Origin: Psilocybe cubensis
Lineage: Eukaryota
Length of the DNA stretch: 64,000 nucleotides
Assembly (NCBI GenBank): GCA_017499595.2
Contig: CM039002.1
Coordinates: forward strand, 124,001 to 188,000
Direction of reading: 5' to 3'
Under the pieces are notes generated by a model. The model was not told the origin of the DNA. It did no database searches and saw only the letters and a list, made by a program, of their open reading frames with translations. The position numbers and the translations under genes are program-made. Below are positions 51,001 to 62,759 of the stretch, piece by piece (within the stretch, counting starts at the first letter, position 1; each line of letters starts with the position of its first letter).

Positions 51001-52736
51001 TCAGATAACCCGACAAGTAAAGAAAATGGGACGTGTGAAGTGAGTTGTACCTGATCAAATGGCTTTCCCTTGAATATGTCGCTGAACATGTCGTTCGTCC
51101 ATTTCTCATCAGCTTCAGACAAAGTAGAATGCCACTGAAAAGCAAGTCAGAATCATCCCGCTTCACTTCCTAGTAGCAGTTATATCTCACCCGATACAGG
51201 ACATTGAACTCTGCGCTGATGTGATTTCCCTTGCCTCGTTCCACTTCCCCCGACTTGCCCTTAATTATCTGTAAAAAGTTTGGCGGTAAGCTAAATGACG
51301 TATCCATGAGTATAAGAGCTTACATCGAAAGGGGCCATTTCCCAGTTACATCCTTCTGAGGACCCGAGGAATCCAGCTACGTAGTCTCCGAGAATAGCGC
51401 TCATGAAATGACCACAACTGGAAAGAGCAATAAGCTTCGATGAAAGAAGGAGAGACCGGAGGATATTTGTACATACTTAACGAGCTTTGCTGTCTGGAAA
51501 ATCTCTTCATCTTGGGCAGCTCTTAGAGTAGGATCAGTCGGCGGGGGGTCGGACCATCTCTTCTTCTCGTTAATCTTCAACAGCTTTTCTGCAATGTACT
51601 TCGATTTGAATGAAGAAGACAGAATCAGTCAATGGATGCCACGGGTGCCGGCATCTAATTACGTACGTTGTGGTTACGGCTGAAAAGAACCAGCAACACA
51701 CTCGTTGCTGGGACCAAAAATGTCAAGCGTTCCTCCGAAAAGGTGTCGGGATATAAGAGGCCCCGACCCCTGGATTTATCGCGTACTTTGTCTTGCGCAG
51801 TCTGATCTAGAAAGGATTGTTAATCACTGTGTTCAACGATAACGCATAAGAAAAAAACCTACTATCTCCGTAGAGAGGACTCAGATCGAAGTATGAGCTG
51901 GCATTATTGATATGTATCTTTTTCAGATCAGTTCGGAAAAGCGAATGGGTAACAATGGTGGCAAAAGCAAAAATCAAGCTTGACATTCCGCCAGCATGTG
52001 TTTTTTGCTATAGTCAGAGTGATGGATGTCATCAATGATGGATATTGAGAATGCCGGATTACGCACCTCACGACGCTTTAGTAAAGTATCGAAGACGAGA
52101 CCCGGATCTGGCAGTGAAGTCCTTGGTAAGCCACCCTTACCTTGGACACTCCGTACATAAGGCGTTCCCGCTTTTCCGATCTCAGGGCTTTGAAGATTAT
52201 TGCCACCTCCATCAGCTTGTCTAAACGAATGTTCAGGCCCGAGATATGATACCGGAGGATGTGGAAATGTATCGTAGAGGGATCCAATGACGGCGTTATT
52301 GAGTTTCTGAGAGAGCTCGAGTTTTGGATCGATGCGTGCCAGTATAGCGAGACCCTCCGCGAACTAAACATTTATTTCATATGCATGAATCGAAAAAAAG
52401 ATTTATCTAGCTCACAGCTCCTTGCCGATCATCTATGGATTCCGGGTTCAAAACACAATCTGTAAAGGCTTCCTGTCAAAGGTATCGTCATGCTTCGAAA
52501 TATGCGGCCAGGACATTCCTACGTACGACTTTACTCATTTCTGGTTTTATGAAGCCTTTCGCCTTTAGAGATTCCAAAAGTGTCAGTCCATTACTAACAA
52601 CGGAATGTCCGTTGAAACTGTTGGCGGGATCTGGAGAAACCTCCCAATTGTAATAACCAGTAGGTGCTATGGGCACTGGTTCCCCGGCTAGGTGGCCAAT
52701 GTCTAGGACTTGACGGAGCGATAGTTCTGAATCCAT
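48088..52736 (-). CDS. Ppo/linoleate diol synthase-type heme dioxygenase with a C-terminal P450-like domain
   Basis: Motifs ATIVTHSLFRTD, NASSYFDLSPLYG, GRGLLYPDTFSE, FSRNHN, IFQTAKLV, EFNVLYRWH, QARSWGLCTMNEFRKFLGLK, DNLELY, DALVLIRGDRF. The C-terminal domain has EALR and DPRRP. Confidence 0.93.
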
Positions 52737-53939
52737 AGAGAGGCTCGAGGAAAGGTTGGGAGTGAGTGAAATATGGCGTTGATTGGGAATTCATCCTTGC
52801 TTTTGAAGGCTGTGAAAGTTGCGGATGATTGAGTATCAATTCAAATTGCGACCATAGACGAAACCTTCACATCAACCGTCGCATATCCGATCATTAGGGA
52901 ACTCACCATGATATCTAATGATCATTGGTATGCCACCGATACCGGGAACGGGCTTATAAACTTCCTGCCATGAAATCTGGAGCGCCATGGCAAGCAAGGG
53001 ACATGCACCTCCAGGCCTCGTGCCAGATGATCGTCATGATATTCATCAATTAGAACGATTGCTGTGCATAGCCATGACTGAGGTGGTCCTTGGCGCCAGC
53101 GCCTGGTCTTGCGAAGTACTTTTCTCTCGCAAAACGTGGAAAGTAATAGTCGAATTGACATCCATGATGGTGAATGCTGGATGCAACATGCAACCAGGTT
53201 GGAGCCGCAGAAACAGCAAAAGCCGTAGCCCGCATTTTGGCCGAGTTCAGACTCCGATTTACAGAAACAAAAATTGAGATTAGATATTAGATATTTGCTT
53301 AATCATTGTATCACATCCACTTCGGTTCTTGAGATAGAAAACTACCGCATCGGATGAGAATCAGGACCGACCAACACCTGCTCCAGGCCATTCATCCAAG
53401 GTCCTAACTGCATTTTTCATCTTTTGTTTCTTTCCTGTCTGCTATAAGCGAGCGCCCGAAGTACGCACATGGTCCAGTGCAACTCCACTGTTCACGGTGT
53501 ACTATTCTTGGTTAAATTTTTTACTAAAGTAACAATAGCGTACCAGAGAAATTGCGCGGTCTCTCGGGGGTCTGAAAGTCACCGAATCACCTTCAAACAA
53601 CAAGCATAATAATTGATTATGGCAAATCCCTACTCCAAACCTTAGTGCGACATGGCAGAAGTAGAGCTAGGTGCCGGTGCTAGTTTGATGCTTAATAAAT
53701 TATTCCTCCCCACCCCATCACCGCTGATGAGACGCACATGAATATGGATTCGATTAACATCACTGCTCTCAATGAACAGATCAGCCTTGCATTGAATTCG
53801 CTGCCATATTGTAATAATTTCAATGGTAAAATAAATCTTGTTGAGGCTTTGTTTGTTATCCACCAGAACGAGCACAATAAGACATTATCAGCACTTATAT
53901 GCAAGCAAGAACATCCCAGTGGCAAGAATGCAAAGAAAT

Positions 53940-54771
53940 CTACAATACTTTTGCCAGTGCGTTGACCTGAGCAATTTCGGCAGCAGTAGCGCGGCCAGCG
54001 TTCTACGAGATGCATGAATATTATATCACGATTCTGGGGAACGTGTATGACGACGCACCTTGATGACCTTTCCAAGTTGATGCTCCACTGTATTTGCTAC
54101 GCTGAGTTGCTGTCCGAGAGCCGTTTTTACGCGTGCAATCTGGAACTGAATGAAGAATTTGGCGGATTTCACTTGATTTAGAATGGCACCTCCTCCATTG
54201 CTCTATATAGAGAATGGCCCGAATACGTGAGATTGAAATGTAAAAGTCGGATCTTTAACAGAGACGTACGCGCACACCAGCTTCAACGGCAAGATATACA
54301 TCCAACTGATTCTGTAATTTCCTAAGATCGGCTTTAGCTGGATCCGCAGGGGTAGTGAATGTAGCACTATTAGATAAGATACAGTTTAGAAACACTGGCA
54401 CACGCCACGATAGACATAGTTATACGCACAGAGCAAATCCTAGTGGGCTCTTACTGCTCTTCTGGAAATCGATAGACTTGAAATCGATTCCACCAGACGA
54501 GACGTTTGGAACGCCAGGGACCGAGGTTCCCCCAGTACAGGTAACTGTCCTAACCAAGGCAGGAATTCCATTTGATACCTCCGCCGGGAGTGCGGCTCTT
54601 CCTGGTAAAAAGCACGCTGCTTGACGTTTGATGATCTCAATAGGGGCTGTGTAAGAGCATGGAATAAGTATAACTGGAATACAGAGAGGTGGAAGCACTC
54701 CTTGACTCACCTGCTTGCGCACTAAAGCTCAAAGTGAGGATAGTAACAAACGCTGGTAAAGAAAAGAGCAT
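53940..54771 (-). CDS. Conserved fungal secreted protein (DUF7143-like, family name from memory)
   Basis: Signal MLFSLPAFVTILTLSFSAQA and Kex2 site KR-Q. Motifs CFLPGRAALPAEV, IDFQKSSKSPLGFAL, YLAVEAGVRSNGG, KFFIQFQIARV, VEHQLGKV. Consistent GT-AG introns. Confidence 0.75.
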
Positions 54772-55208
54772 GCTGGAAAGGAGCGTTGGGGGAAAGAAAC
54801 AAAGGTACGTAAAAAGGAGGGAATCCAGTCCCGAGGAAGAGGAAGAAAGAGGAACATGGCTCGGATAGTTGTTTTCTTTGTTAAATAGGCGTGTTGAAAA
54901 ACAACACTACGTAGCAACCGATATTGAAATTGGTCACAAACATAAATTTTGCGAAATACCGTGTGAAACGAGAGGCAAATTTTCAAAAACTTCGCGCTGA
55001 CGCGCGTCCGAGAAATGGTCCATGTAAACATGTACCTTTTACTTTGTCTGTACTCTAAATTTCTCTGATTTTTTTCCTGGGTATTATTTACTTTATATAT
55101 GATCTAGAATATTACTCAAAGAGCCTCAAAAAACCAGACCAGGATGCCCGTCGAGCGTGAATTGAATATGGAAGTGCGCAAATGTGGCTGTGTTGCGGCA
55201 CCTCGGCT

Positions 55209-55429
55209 GGCAGATAACATTGGGGGTGGCAGATAACATCCATACGTATTCTACTGATTCGACAGCACTTACTCAAATTTTAAAGGCACTTATGTGTATA
55301 TACATTCTTTACATACTTGAATACATTTTTTTATTGCAGTTCATCCAAGGTTTTATGGTGAAAAGTGTGAAAAGAGTAAGCTCGGATTCTGCCGGGCAGA
55401 TAACATGGCAGATAACATACCCACTCCTA
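55209..55429. repeat. Four direct GGCAGATAACAT repeats, probably a DNA-transposon end
   Basis: Copies at 55209, 55228, 55395 and 55407, followed by ACCCACTCCTA. Confidence 0.6.
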
Positions 55430-55833
55430 TGATCGGTAAACCAAGAATAATCATGCAATGGCTAACATTCGAATATCAAGCTCCGCCTAAATACTTGAAG
55501 GTCCGAGCCCTCACAATCAATAAGATTGGATCCCAGATCGGCGTATGCCGAAAGTGGTTGACGACAGCGCGGTGAGTTCCCCCTGAAGGGGCGACTTGAA
55601 GCATTTATGCTTAAGGCATAGTGAGCTATACCTCTTTTTACAGTCATGAATGATAAGTATGATGGGGATGATTATATACTCTCTACAGTTTCTTCTTTGC
55701 TCAAACCACGAGGATCGGGCAAAATGTAATTACAGCTTGAGTCATGTTCAAATTGTCATGAGATATCTATCAAAAGGACCAGTGTTCAGATACTTTTTGT
55801 CTAGGGAATATATTTGAGAGCTAAATGTCGCTT

Positions 55834-56062
55834 CACTGCGGGCGATGACTGCTGTAAGTTGAACAAACAGCCATTGTTTTACATGTTTTACGTAAGTTCA
55901 GCTGTAAGTTCAACATACAGTCTACTTACACTCAAATAATCGCCTTTTATGGAAATTATTTGAGTGTAAGTCATGATGTATGTCGAACTTACAGCTGAAC
56001 ATACATAAAACATGTAAAACAATGGCTGTTTGTTTAACTTACAGTAGTCGTCGCCGGCAGTG
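55834..56062. mobile_element. CACTG-type fold-back MITE, 229 bp, 3-bp TSD CTT
   Basis: Arrangement CTT|CACTG...CAGTG|CTT. The ~105-bp arms are nearly perfectly self-complementary. Confidence 0.92.
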
Positions 56063-56682
56063 CTTCATGCTCAAACCTCGTCTTTTTCTTCAATAGATTA
56101 GTCAGTTTATTACCCACGCTTATCTTACATTCAAATTAGTCATGTAGAGAGTTTCTCATTTTGTTCGATCATGTGTCATGCCTCACCTAATGACGGATGG
56201 ATAAAGGATACCATTCATTAGAATAGTGCTACTGTGAAGAGATGCTCGTGTACGATTAATACGCTAATCCAACGACGGGTTTCACGGTCTATTACAACCC
56301 GCCCAATCGTCCCGAGGCACCGTTCTTCTCATTTCTCACCAGGAAGAGTGTCTACAGGACTACATGACTGTCACAACACTCTCACTGAGGGCTCACGATC
56401 ACGTCGATAACGCAGAATGCTATAACCCATTCGGATATCAATTTCCTCTTTAAGACCAAGATTTGTCCCACACGCCTCCAGCATGCGGCAAAATCCATGG
56501 CATGCGTCTTCGGCACACAAAATTCTCATGCAACGCGACATCGAACACCCATGGAATGACTGATTGCTTTCAGGTCCAATAGACATTGCTGGAAATGCTG
56601 TAGGAGTCAGCCAAGCCTTTATATATTGTCCTATGTATTCTCAAAAGAAGCAACATACCAAGGTTGTGATTATATCCCATCG

Positions 56683-57448
56683 ATGCTGTTTGCAAAGGTC
56701 CCACTTCTACTCTTCGATGCATTACTTCTTCGAATGGGCGCGCTTCCGCCAAACCCGTCACTGCCTATAAGCTCTCATATCATTCCTAATTGGAGGGAGC
56801 ATTTTCTCAAGTCTCTGGCTGTTCCATCGATGATATTCAGGGTAAGGATAGCATGTCCTTTCACCCTATTTGCGAGCTCACAAGAAAATATAGACAATGT
56901 ACTGGACATCATCACTGCTCGAAGTAATTGTTATATTGGCATACACCTTCCAATCCAACCATATATCTTCCCTACTCCTTAAAATTCTGGTTATCAATCC
57001 CCAATCCGCCTCTTTGATCCAAATCACTCCCATATTCTTGTTTGGTGTATGCCTTATGCTAAGCGGCACTCTTATCCGAATTCGCTGCTACCGCACGTTA
57101 GGAAAGCTGTTCACTTTCGAATTATCCATTATGAAGAACCACACGCTCGTCACTACTGGACCATACGCATATGTCCGCCATCCAAGCTACACCGGACTTA
57201 TTCTTAATGTCATCGGTGGATATGCCAGCCACCTTTCCACAGGGTCTTGGGTTAGGGAGAGTGGCTTAATGAAAACACAGGTCGGAATGGCATTAGTGAT
57301 TCTGTGTGTTGCGGTTGGAGTTGCAGTTATTTCCAGTCTTCTGCTACGCATGCCCGGCGAGGATGCGATTTTGAGAAAGCGATTCGGACGTGAATGGGAT
57401 CATTGGGCACGGAATGTTCCATATAGAATTATACCTTTTATTTATTGA
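56683..57448 (+). CDS. ICMT/PEMT-family integral membrane methyltransferase
   Basis: IRIRCYRTLGKLFTFELSIMKNHTLVTTGPYAYVRHPSYTG and EDAILRKRFGREWDHWARNVPYRIIPFIY. One intron. Confidence 0.9.
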
Positions 57449-58227
57449 ATTTTAAATCTCCTATGTACACATGAACAAGTCTATTCAATTCTACTGTTAA
57501 CGAATCTCGCATTGGACATTGACACGGTGCTTATTCCACCAATCGTTTTATACCTCGATAGTCCTACATACAATTAATTTATTCATTAACTCAATACTAT
57601 ATCATTTCTTCCATTACCAGACATCATGGATCAACATACCCCCAACATCAGCTACTCCATAATTATCAATCTTATAAACGAATCTCATTGGATTGAAACC
57701 CTTCTTTGAATGATATACCGCACATACTCCACTGCGACTCACGATCAGACGGCAAGCATCACCGCAGCAATGCGAGCGAGATTGGGCCTCGTCAAGTTTT
57801 TTTATCCCAGTGCTTATGAAAAAAAAAGGAGAATGGCTGCTCTAAATAAAAAGACGTCCTTACGCGTGGTCGCTTGATACAGGTAGGTTTCCAGCGATAG
57901 TTACTCCGAATTCTGATAAATCATGATGCAAAGTCGACTTATCTCTAGAGGGACGCCACGCGGAACGAGGAAGCTGATAACCGAGCTATGTTCTAAAATT
58001 ACGCACCGTTTTGGACTCTGGAGTATAACAAGTTTATTTTTGAGAGACTAGAAGAACTTGAAAGACTACGAATAGTATTTGGTTTTGCATCCAAGACAAC
58101 CATCCTGTTCCATTCAAGGAGCCAACTATCAGAATTAAACGTTATCTTTAACGCCTTGAACTAATACATAAGAAAGGAGTTGCATAACGATCGTACTCCA
58201 GTCTGTATTCCTTTGTTATTTCATCAA

Positions 58228-59417
58228 ATGTCCGTCAAAATTCAAGAGCAAGCAATTAGCACCAACCTCAACTCTTCCATGGTTTTCAGTTTCCTCATGG
58301 GTAATCATGCGTTGACTTATTCGACGAATACACTCAAACGTTGTTCTAGGGGTATACACTATGATTTTCGGGGGAGCGGTATACTTATATAGTAGGCCAC
58401 TTAGACATTACATGCGATATCAGCATTGACCGACGACCTTTACAGCATCGAGGAATTCCTCTAACAAAAAGAAGAATTGGGTTATATCAATAATTTCGAT
58501 GGCATTTGTCCTTGCCATTGTAATATTCAGCACACAATGGTACACCTTTACGTGGGTGTTCGTCACCAATGGGAGCACACGAAAGTCTATGTTTTTGGCC
58601 ACAGTCCTACCTCCCCAATGGATCGGCATTGTTAGTGATACTTTAATATACAGTATAATTGCGTGTTCGGATATACTTCTGGTATGTTAATGTCTCAGTG
58701 CTATGCGCAGTAAATGCCCTGATATTCCATTAGATTTGGAGATGTTACCACGTCTGCGGCGAAACTCTCCGTTGGGTTATAGTGCCTCTGTCTCTTTTTT
58801 TTGCTCAAATCGGCAAGTCGATAGTCAAGCTTGGACTCTTATTCAAGGTCTAACTCATTCATTCAGTCATATTTATATCTCATCTCGTGCTTCTCAGCAT
58901 GGTCAGCTTTCAGTCTGGCACATCGGAATTTCTAACAATCAACTACATTGGAGGTGCCTTGTATTTTATTGCACTAGGCACGACCATATCCACAACCTTC
59001 ATTATCGGATACAAGATTCACGTCGCGAGTCGCTTAACTTCCATACAATCTAGGCGCTTATTTATTCGGATTGTCACAATGATTATCGAATCCTCAGCGT
59101 TGTACTCTTTTGTCCTCCTCGGGCAAGCAGTTATAACCGCTATCCCGTCATTCTACCTTACAACATCCGTTGTAAACCAGATTGATAGCTACTGGGGATT
59201 AGCGTTGATTATAACCCCAGTAAGTGCTGAACGAATCCATGATTCACCTTTCAAACCCTCCTAACTTTATGACAATACGCAGGGAATGTCAGCAGCCATA
59301 CTGGTAGCTCGAATATCCGTCACGGACATCTCTCAAGACCATGGACTGTCGGCTTCTATAAACCATATACCTGGAATGAGCGTGGAGTTAGTGGAAAGCG
59401 CCTTGGAGGGTAATTGA
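58228..59417 (+). CDS. Multi-pass membrane protein of an agaricomycete-expanded family
   Basis: Motifs LNSSMVFSFLMGIYT, SDILL/IWRCYHVC, TTFIIGYKI, MIIESSALYS, GMSAAILVARI. About 7 hydrophobic segments. Confidence 0.8.
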
Positions 59418-59593
59418 TGGTGCGAGCCATGAGGATATCTGTACAGAATGTATTGTGTGTACATGCTTCGTACATGCAACGGTATATAATGTTCGAAGGT
59501 CAGTGCGATGTGATATGGTGGAAAGTCGTACAGTGGAGGTCGAAAAACAGGTGAAGAATAAACACGGATGACTGTGTCCCACATCGGCATATG

Positions 59594-60173
59594 TCAAAGC
59601 TGTCCTGCGATGAGTCAGTAACCTTGAAATCATACTTAAAACACAAAACATACCCGCCAGATCATGCATATCCTCTACGACCTCACTAAGGTCATTAAAC
59701 GCTCGAGCCGAAGTGATATTGGATTTCCAGGGAATTAGTATCTCAGGCTCATGGGCACGAAAGTTGGCCTTCTCCATCCTGAACACCGTCCAGCAAAGCC
59801 CAATCCCGCCCAAACCATATATTTTGGTGACGTCAGTCGTCTCAAACAGGTGCTCTATGATTTCCCGCAGCACCCGCTTCAAACTCTCTTTTCCCATTTT
59901 CGTCTCCTCCGAAGCTTTCTTGAAACCAGCGACGAGAAAGGTCTGCTCTTTTCGGCCTGGCCAGACTTTCGCCACTGTGTAGATGACGGGATCCTTCCCA
60001 GAAGATAGCTTGGATATCTGAGGGGCCACACCGTAGTTCTCGTGAAGCGGGAAGTGGTGAGTTAGAATGGAATTCCATATCATGGCATATTCGTTCTCGT
60101 GTGGATCCGAATTCAACCCTTCCACCAAGGCCATATTCTGCGCCATCGACAGGATTGCTGGAGGGTAGGGCAT
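59594..60173 (-). CDS. Hypothetical protein with a PD-(D/E)xK restriction-endonuclease-like pattern
   Basis: HENEYAMIWNSILTHHFP..YGVAPQ, FLVAGFKK, KIYGLGGIGLCWTVF. The 3' exon is inferred. Confidence 0.55.
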
Positions 60174-60785
60174 TGAGATGGCAGGCAGAGAGGAATGGTG
60201 GGAGTTGAAGGGGAAAACGTGCTCGCCGCTTGTCTCAATCCTCAATTCGCACTAAAAATTTGTTTGACAGATTGAGTAACGTACCGACTACGGTTATAAC
60301 GGACCCCATGTCCGTCTTTGATAAAATACTATCATTAAGTAGGTTCAAAGCAGTTCAAGGTACAATAGTAAGGCTAATTCACAGAACTCAAGTGTTACTG
60401 AGCCACATCTAGGACTACAATGTACTGCGCCAGTAAAGGTGGATGTACCATGATGACGCCAGTTTCCTGACTCCTGAGTCCACTAGAGCACTAGAAGCTT
60501 GCCTGCGTGGGAAGGTTTAGGGCCTAGACTACCGGCAATGATCCGATCAATTTTTTGACGAGCCTGATATAGAATCCCTCACCTGAAAAGTGAAGGCGCG
60601 CTTGAAATTGCTCGCAGAAGCAAGGCTGATTCCACAAGGCAAAACTAAGGACAATTCATAACTCATTATTTCTCAGTGTGCATACTTTTTATCTCATAGG
60701 TATCTCAATGAATCACCCCTTTATGGAACCTCATCATTTTAGTAGATCTGAAAAGATAAATGATTGAAAAACCTTTAAAAGTTCA

Positions 60786-61948
60786 CTACTCAACAACCAA
60801 ATCTGTCCAAACAGGCAAACCAAACATATAGGTCAACGCATCCCACAGCCGTTTCCGACCATCTCGTTTCCGTTCAACAACTATCTGCGTGCAGTAATCA
60901 CAAAAGCCTGTGTCCACGTCTCCGTTATCAGGGAAAATTTCTTTGACAATTTGAGCCATTCTCCGCGCTGTGGCCTCGGTTCGTCGAAGTGTACATTTTG
61001 CAGGATTTGTACACCTGTCATCTCCGTCCGGAGACTTGAGGGGATACAAAGCGAACAGTTCAAGTGACTGGACAAGCAGCCGTTCTCTGCCTACCGACAG
61101 ATTACTTTGTACAGCAGCGGGCAATGTTGAGAGTTGCAAAACAGGGTTAGAAGGCGGCCTTAGGCCTGTATATATAATTTCCTATATATGCACATTCAAT
61201 ATCTAGCAATTTGGTAAAGTAAAAAAAGATTGACGAACCAATCCGTGTGTTCGGAGACACTGCAGGTAAAGCGCTGGCAGAAGCATTTTCTGACCCGTCT
61301 CGATTGCTACCTTCGCAACTTCGAATAAGTATACCGGTGGAACCTTTGGGTCTATGGGAATCGCAAGTGCATTATCCCAATCGTGCAATTGGCTGGGAAA
61401 CATGGTGCTCATTTGCGCGATGATTGCACTTCGTATTTCGTCGAACTGGTACGCGTGTCCAAGACGAAGCAGTGAAATTAGCTGAGGCCAGGAATAAGAG
61501 GCATTTTTGACTTGGCTGTAAACACCAGTCATGACAACAGATGCTTAATTAATATAAATGCTTGCACATATGCAGGGGATAGACCTCACCTGAAGTCGTG
61601 TATCGCCTGCAGGAGCTTACACCAGTCAACTTCAGTTCCCGAGACGCGCACCACGGAGCATCCATCCACCAGACATTTGTCATTAGACTCCGGCTCTCCA
61701 AAGAGGTTCTTGAAGTATACAGAATGACGCGATAGTACACCGCGGTAGACCCGAAATTGTGTTTTCTCCGCCTGGATAATGATGTTCCCGTCTTCGAACC
61801 AGAACTCTGCAGAGCGAGCTGTTTGAGAGGGGATACCGATAAATGATGATGTGATGAAAGTTAAAGCACCATGATCGGACTCGGACTCGGTAGCTCTTCG
61901 TCGCTTGCTAGAAGTGACGGAGGTAGAGGGCTGCGCAAGGGAAGCCAT
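60786..61948 (-). CDS. BTB/POZ-domain protein
   Basis: RSAEFWFEDGNIIIQAEKTQFRVYRGVLSRHSVYFKNLF..VDGCSVVRV, LLRLGHAYQFDEIR, LLPALY, and a C-terminal FCDYC..GRKRLWDALTYMFGLPVW. Confidence 0.9.
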
Positions 61949-62759
61949 GTAAATATTGGGAATGAACTGTGAGTCTGTGACAGAACAAGTTAGGGGTTGA
62001 AGAAAGCTCTTACAATTTTGATCCTTTTTGCCACGAGTTGGAATCCGAGCGTCAGGCGCTCGTGTAAGCTTTGTAAAAGTTACATAACGTATAATGTACA
62101 GGGCCCGACTGTGATCACAGTCGATGATGGTCTTGCTGCCAGCGGGACAATCGCAAATTGGCAAATCAAATTACGCGTGTTCATTTCCAAGCGGAGATTA
62201 AACATTCTCTACAAAAATCTGCTTCGGCACCCGATTCGGCAACCTTCGATTTCCACGTTTTTGATACGCTGACTTGTCTTCGTAACTTGGGCAAAACTTT
62301 GGTTGGGACGAGTTTGCATCCTGAATTTGTTATTTTTGCATTGATTTCGACACCTTTCCCATATCTTTATATAACATTAGATATCGTAGAATGTACCTTG
62401 TTTGATCTGTACCACAGTATGTTATCGTTCTGATATTACGGCCGCACTGTCAATAACCTGCAAGATACTGGTGGGATTATTTGATTTGTATATACACCGG
62501 AGGCCCCAAACTCGTCTTCCTGCCTGTATATTTGTTGCAATTTTTGAATTAACTGACATATCTACTACAGACGGAAGCACCTGAACGACGATAGGTCTTA
62601 AAAGATTCAATGAGGCAGAGTGCACACTGCGAAACTGTTTTCCCACACTCAATCCAGTTTGCCGATACTGCCGTGACCAAATTGATACAAATTGAAAAGA
62701 TGTTACGATAAGATAAATAACTTCTCTGATGATCATTCTATCTAGTCCCGCTCTCCCCA

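Noticed and set aside
55209..55418. CRISPR-like array
   Set aside because: The repeats are only 12 bp with irregular spacing, in a eukaryotic context with no cas genes.
48088..57448. Secondary-metabolite gene cluster (dioxygenase plus methyltransferase)
   Set aside because: No backbone synthase, transporter or cluster regulator is visible, and the genes are separated by unrelated genes and MITEs.
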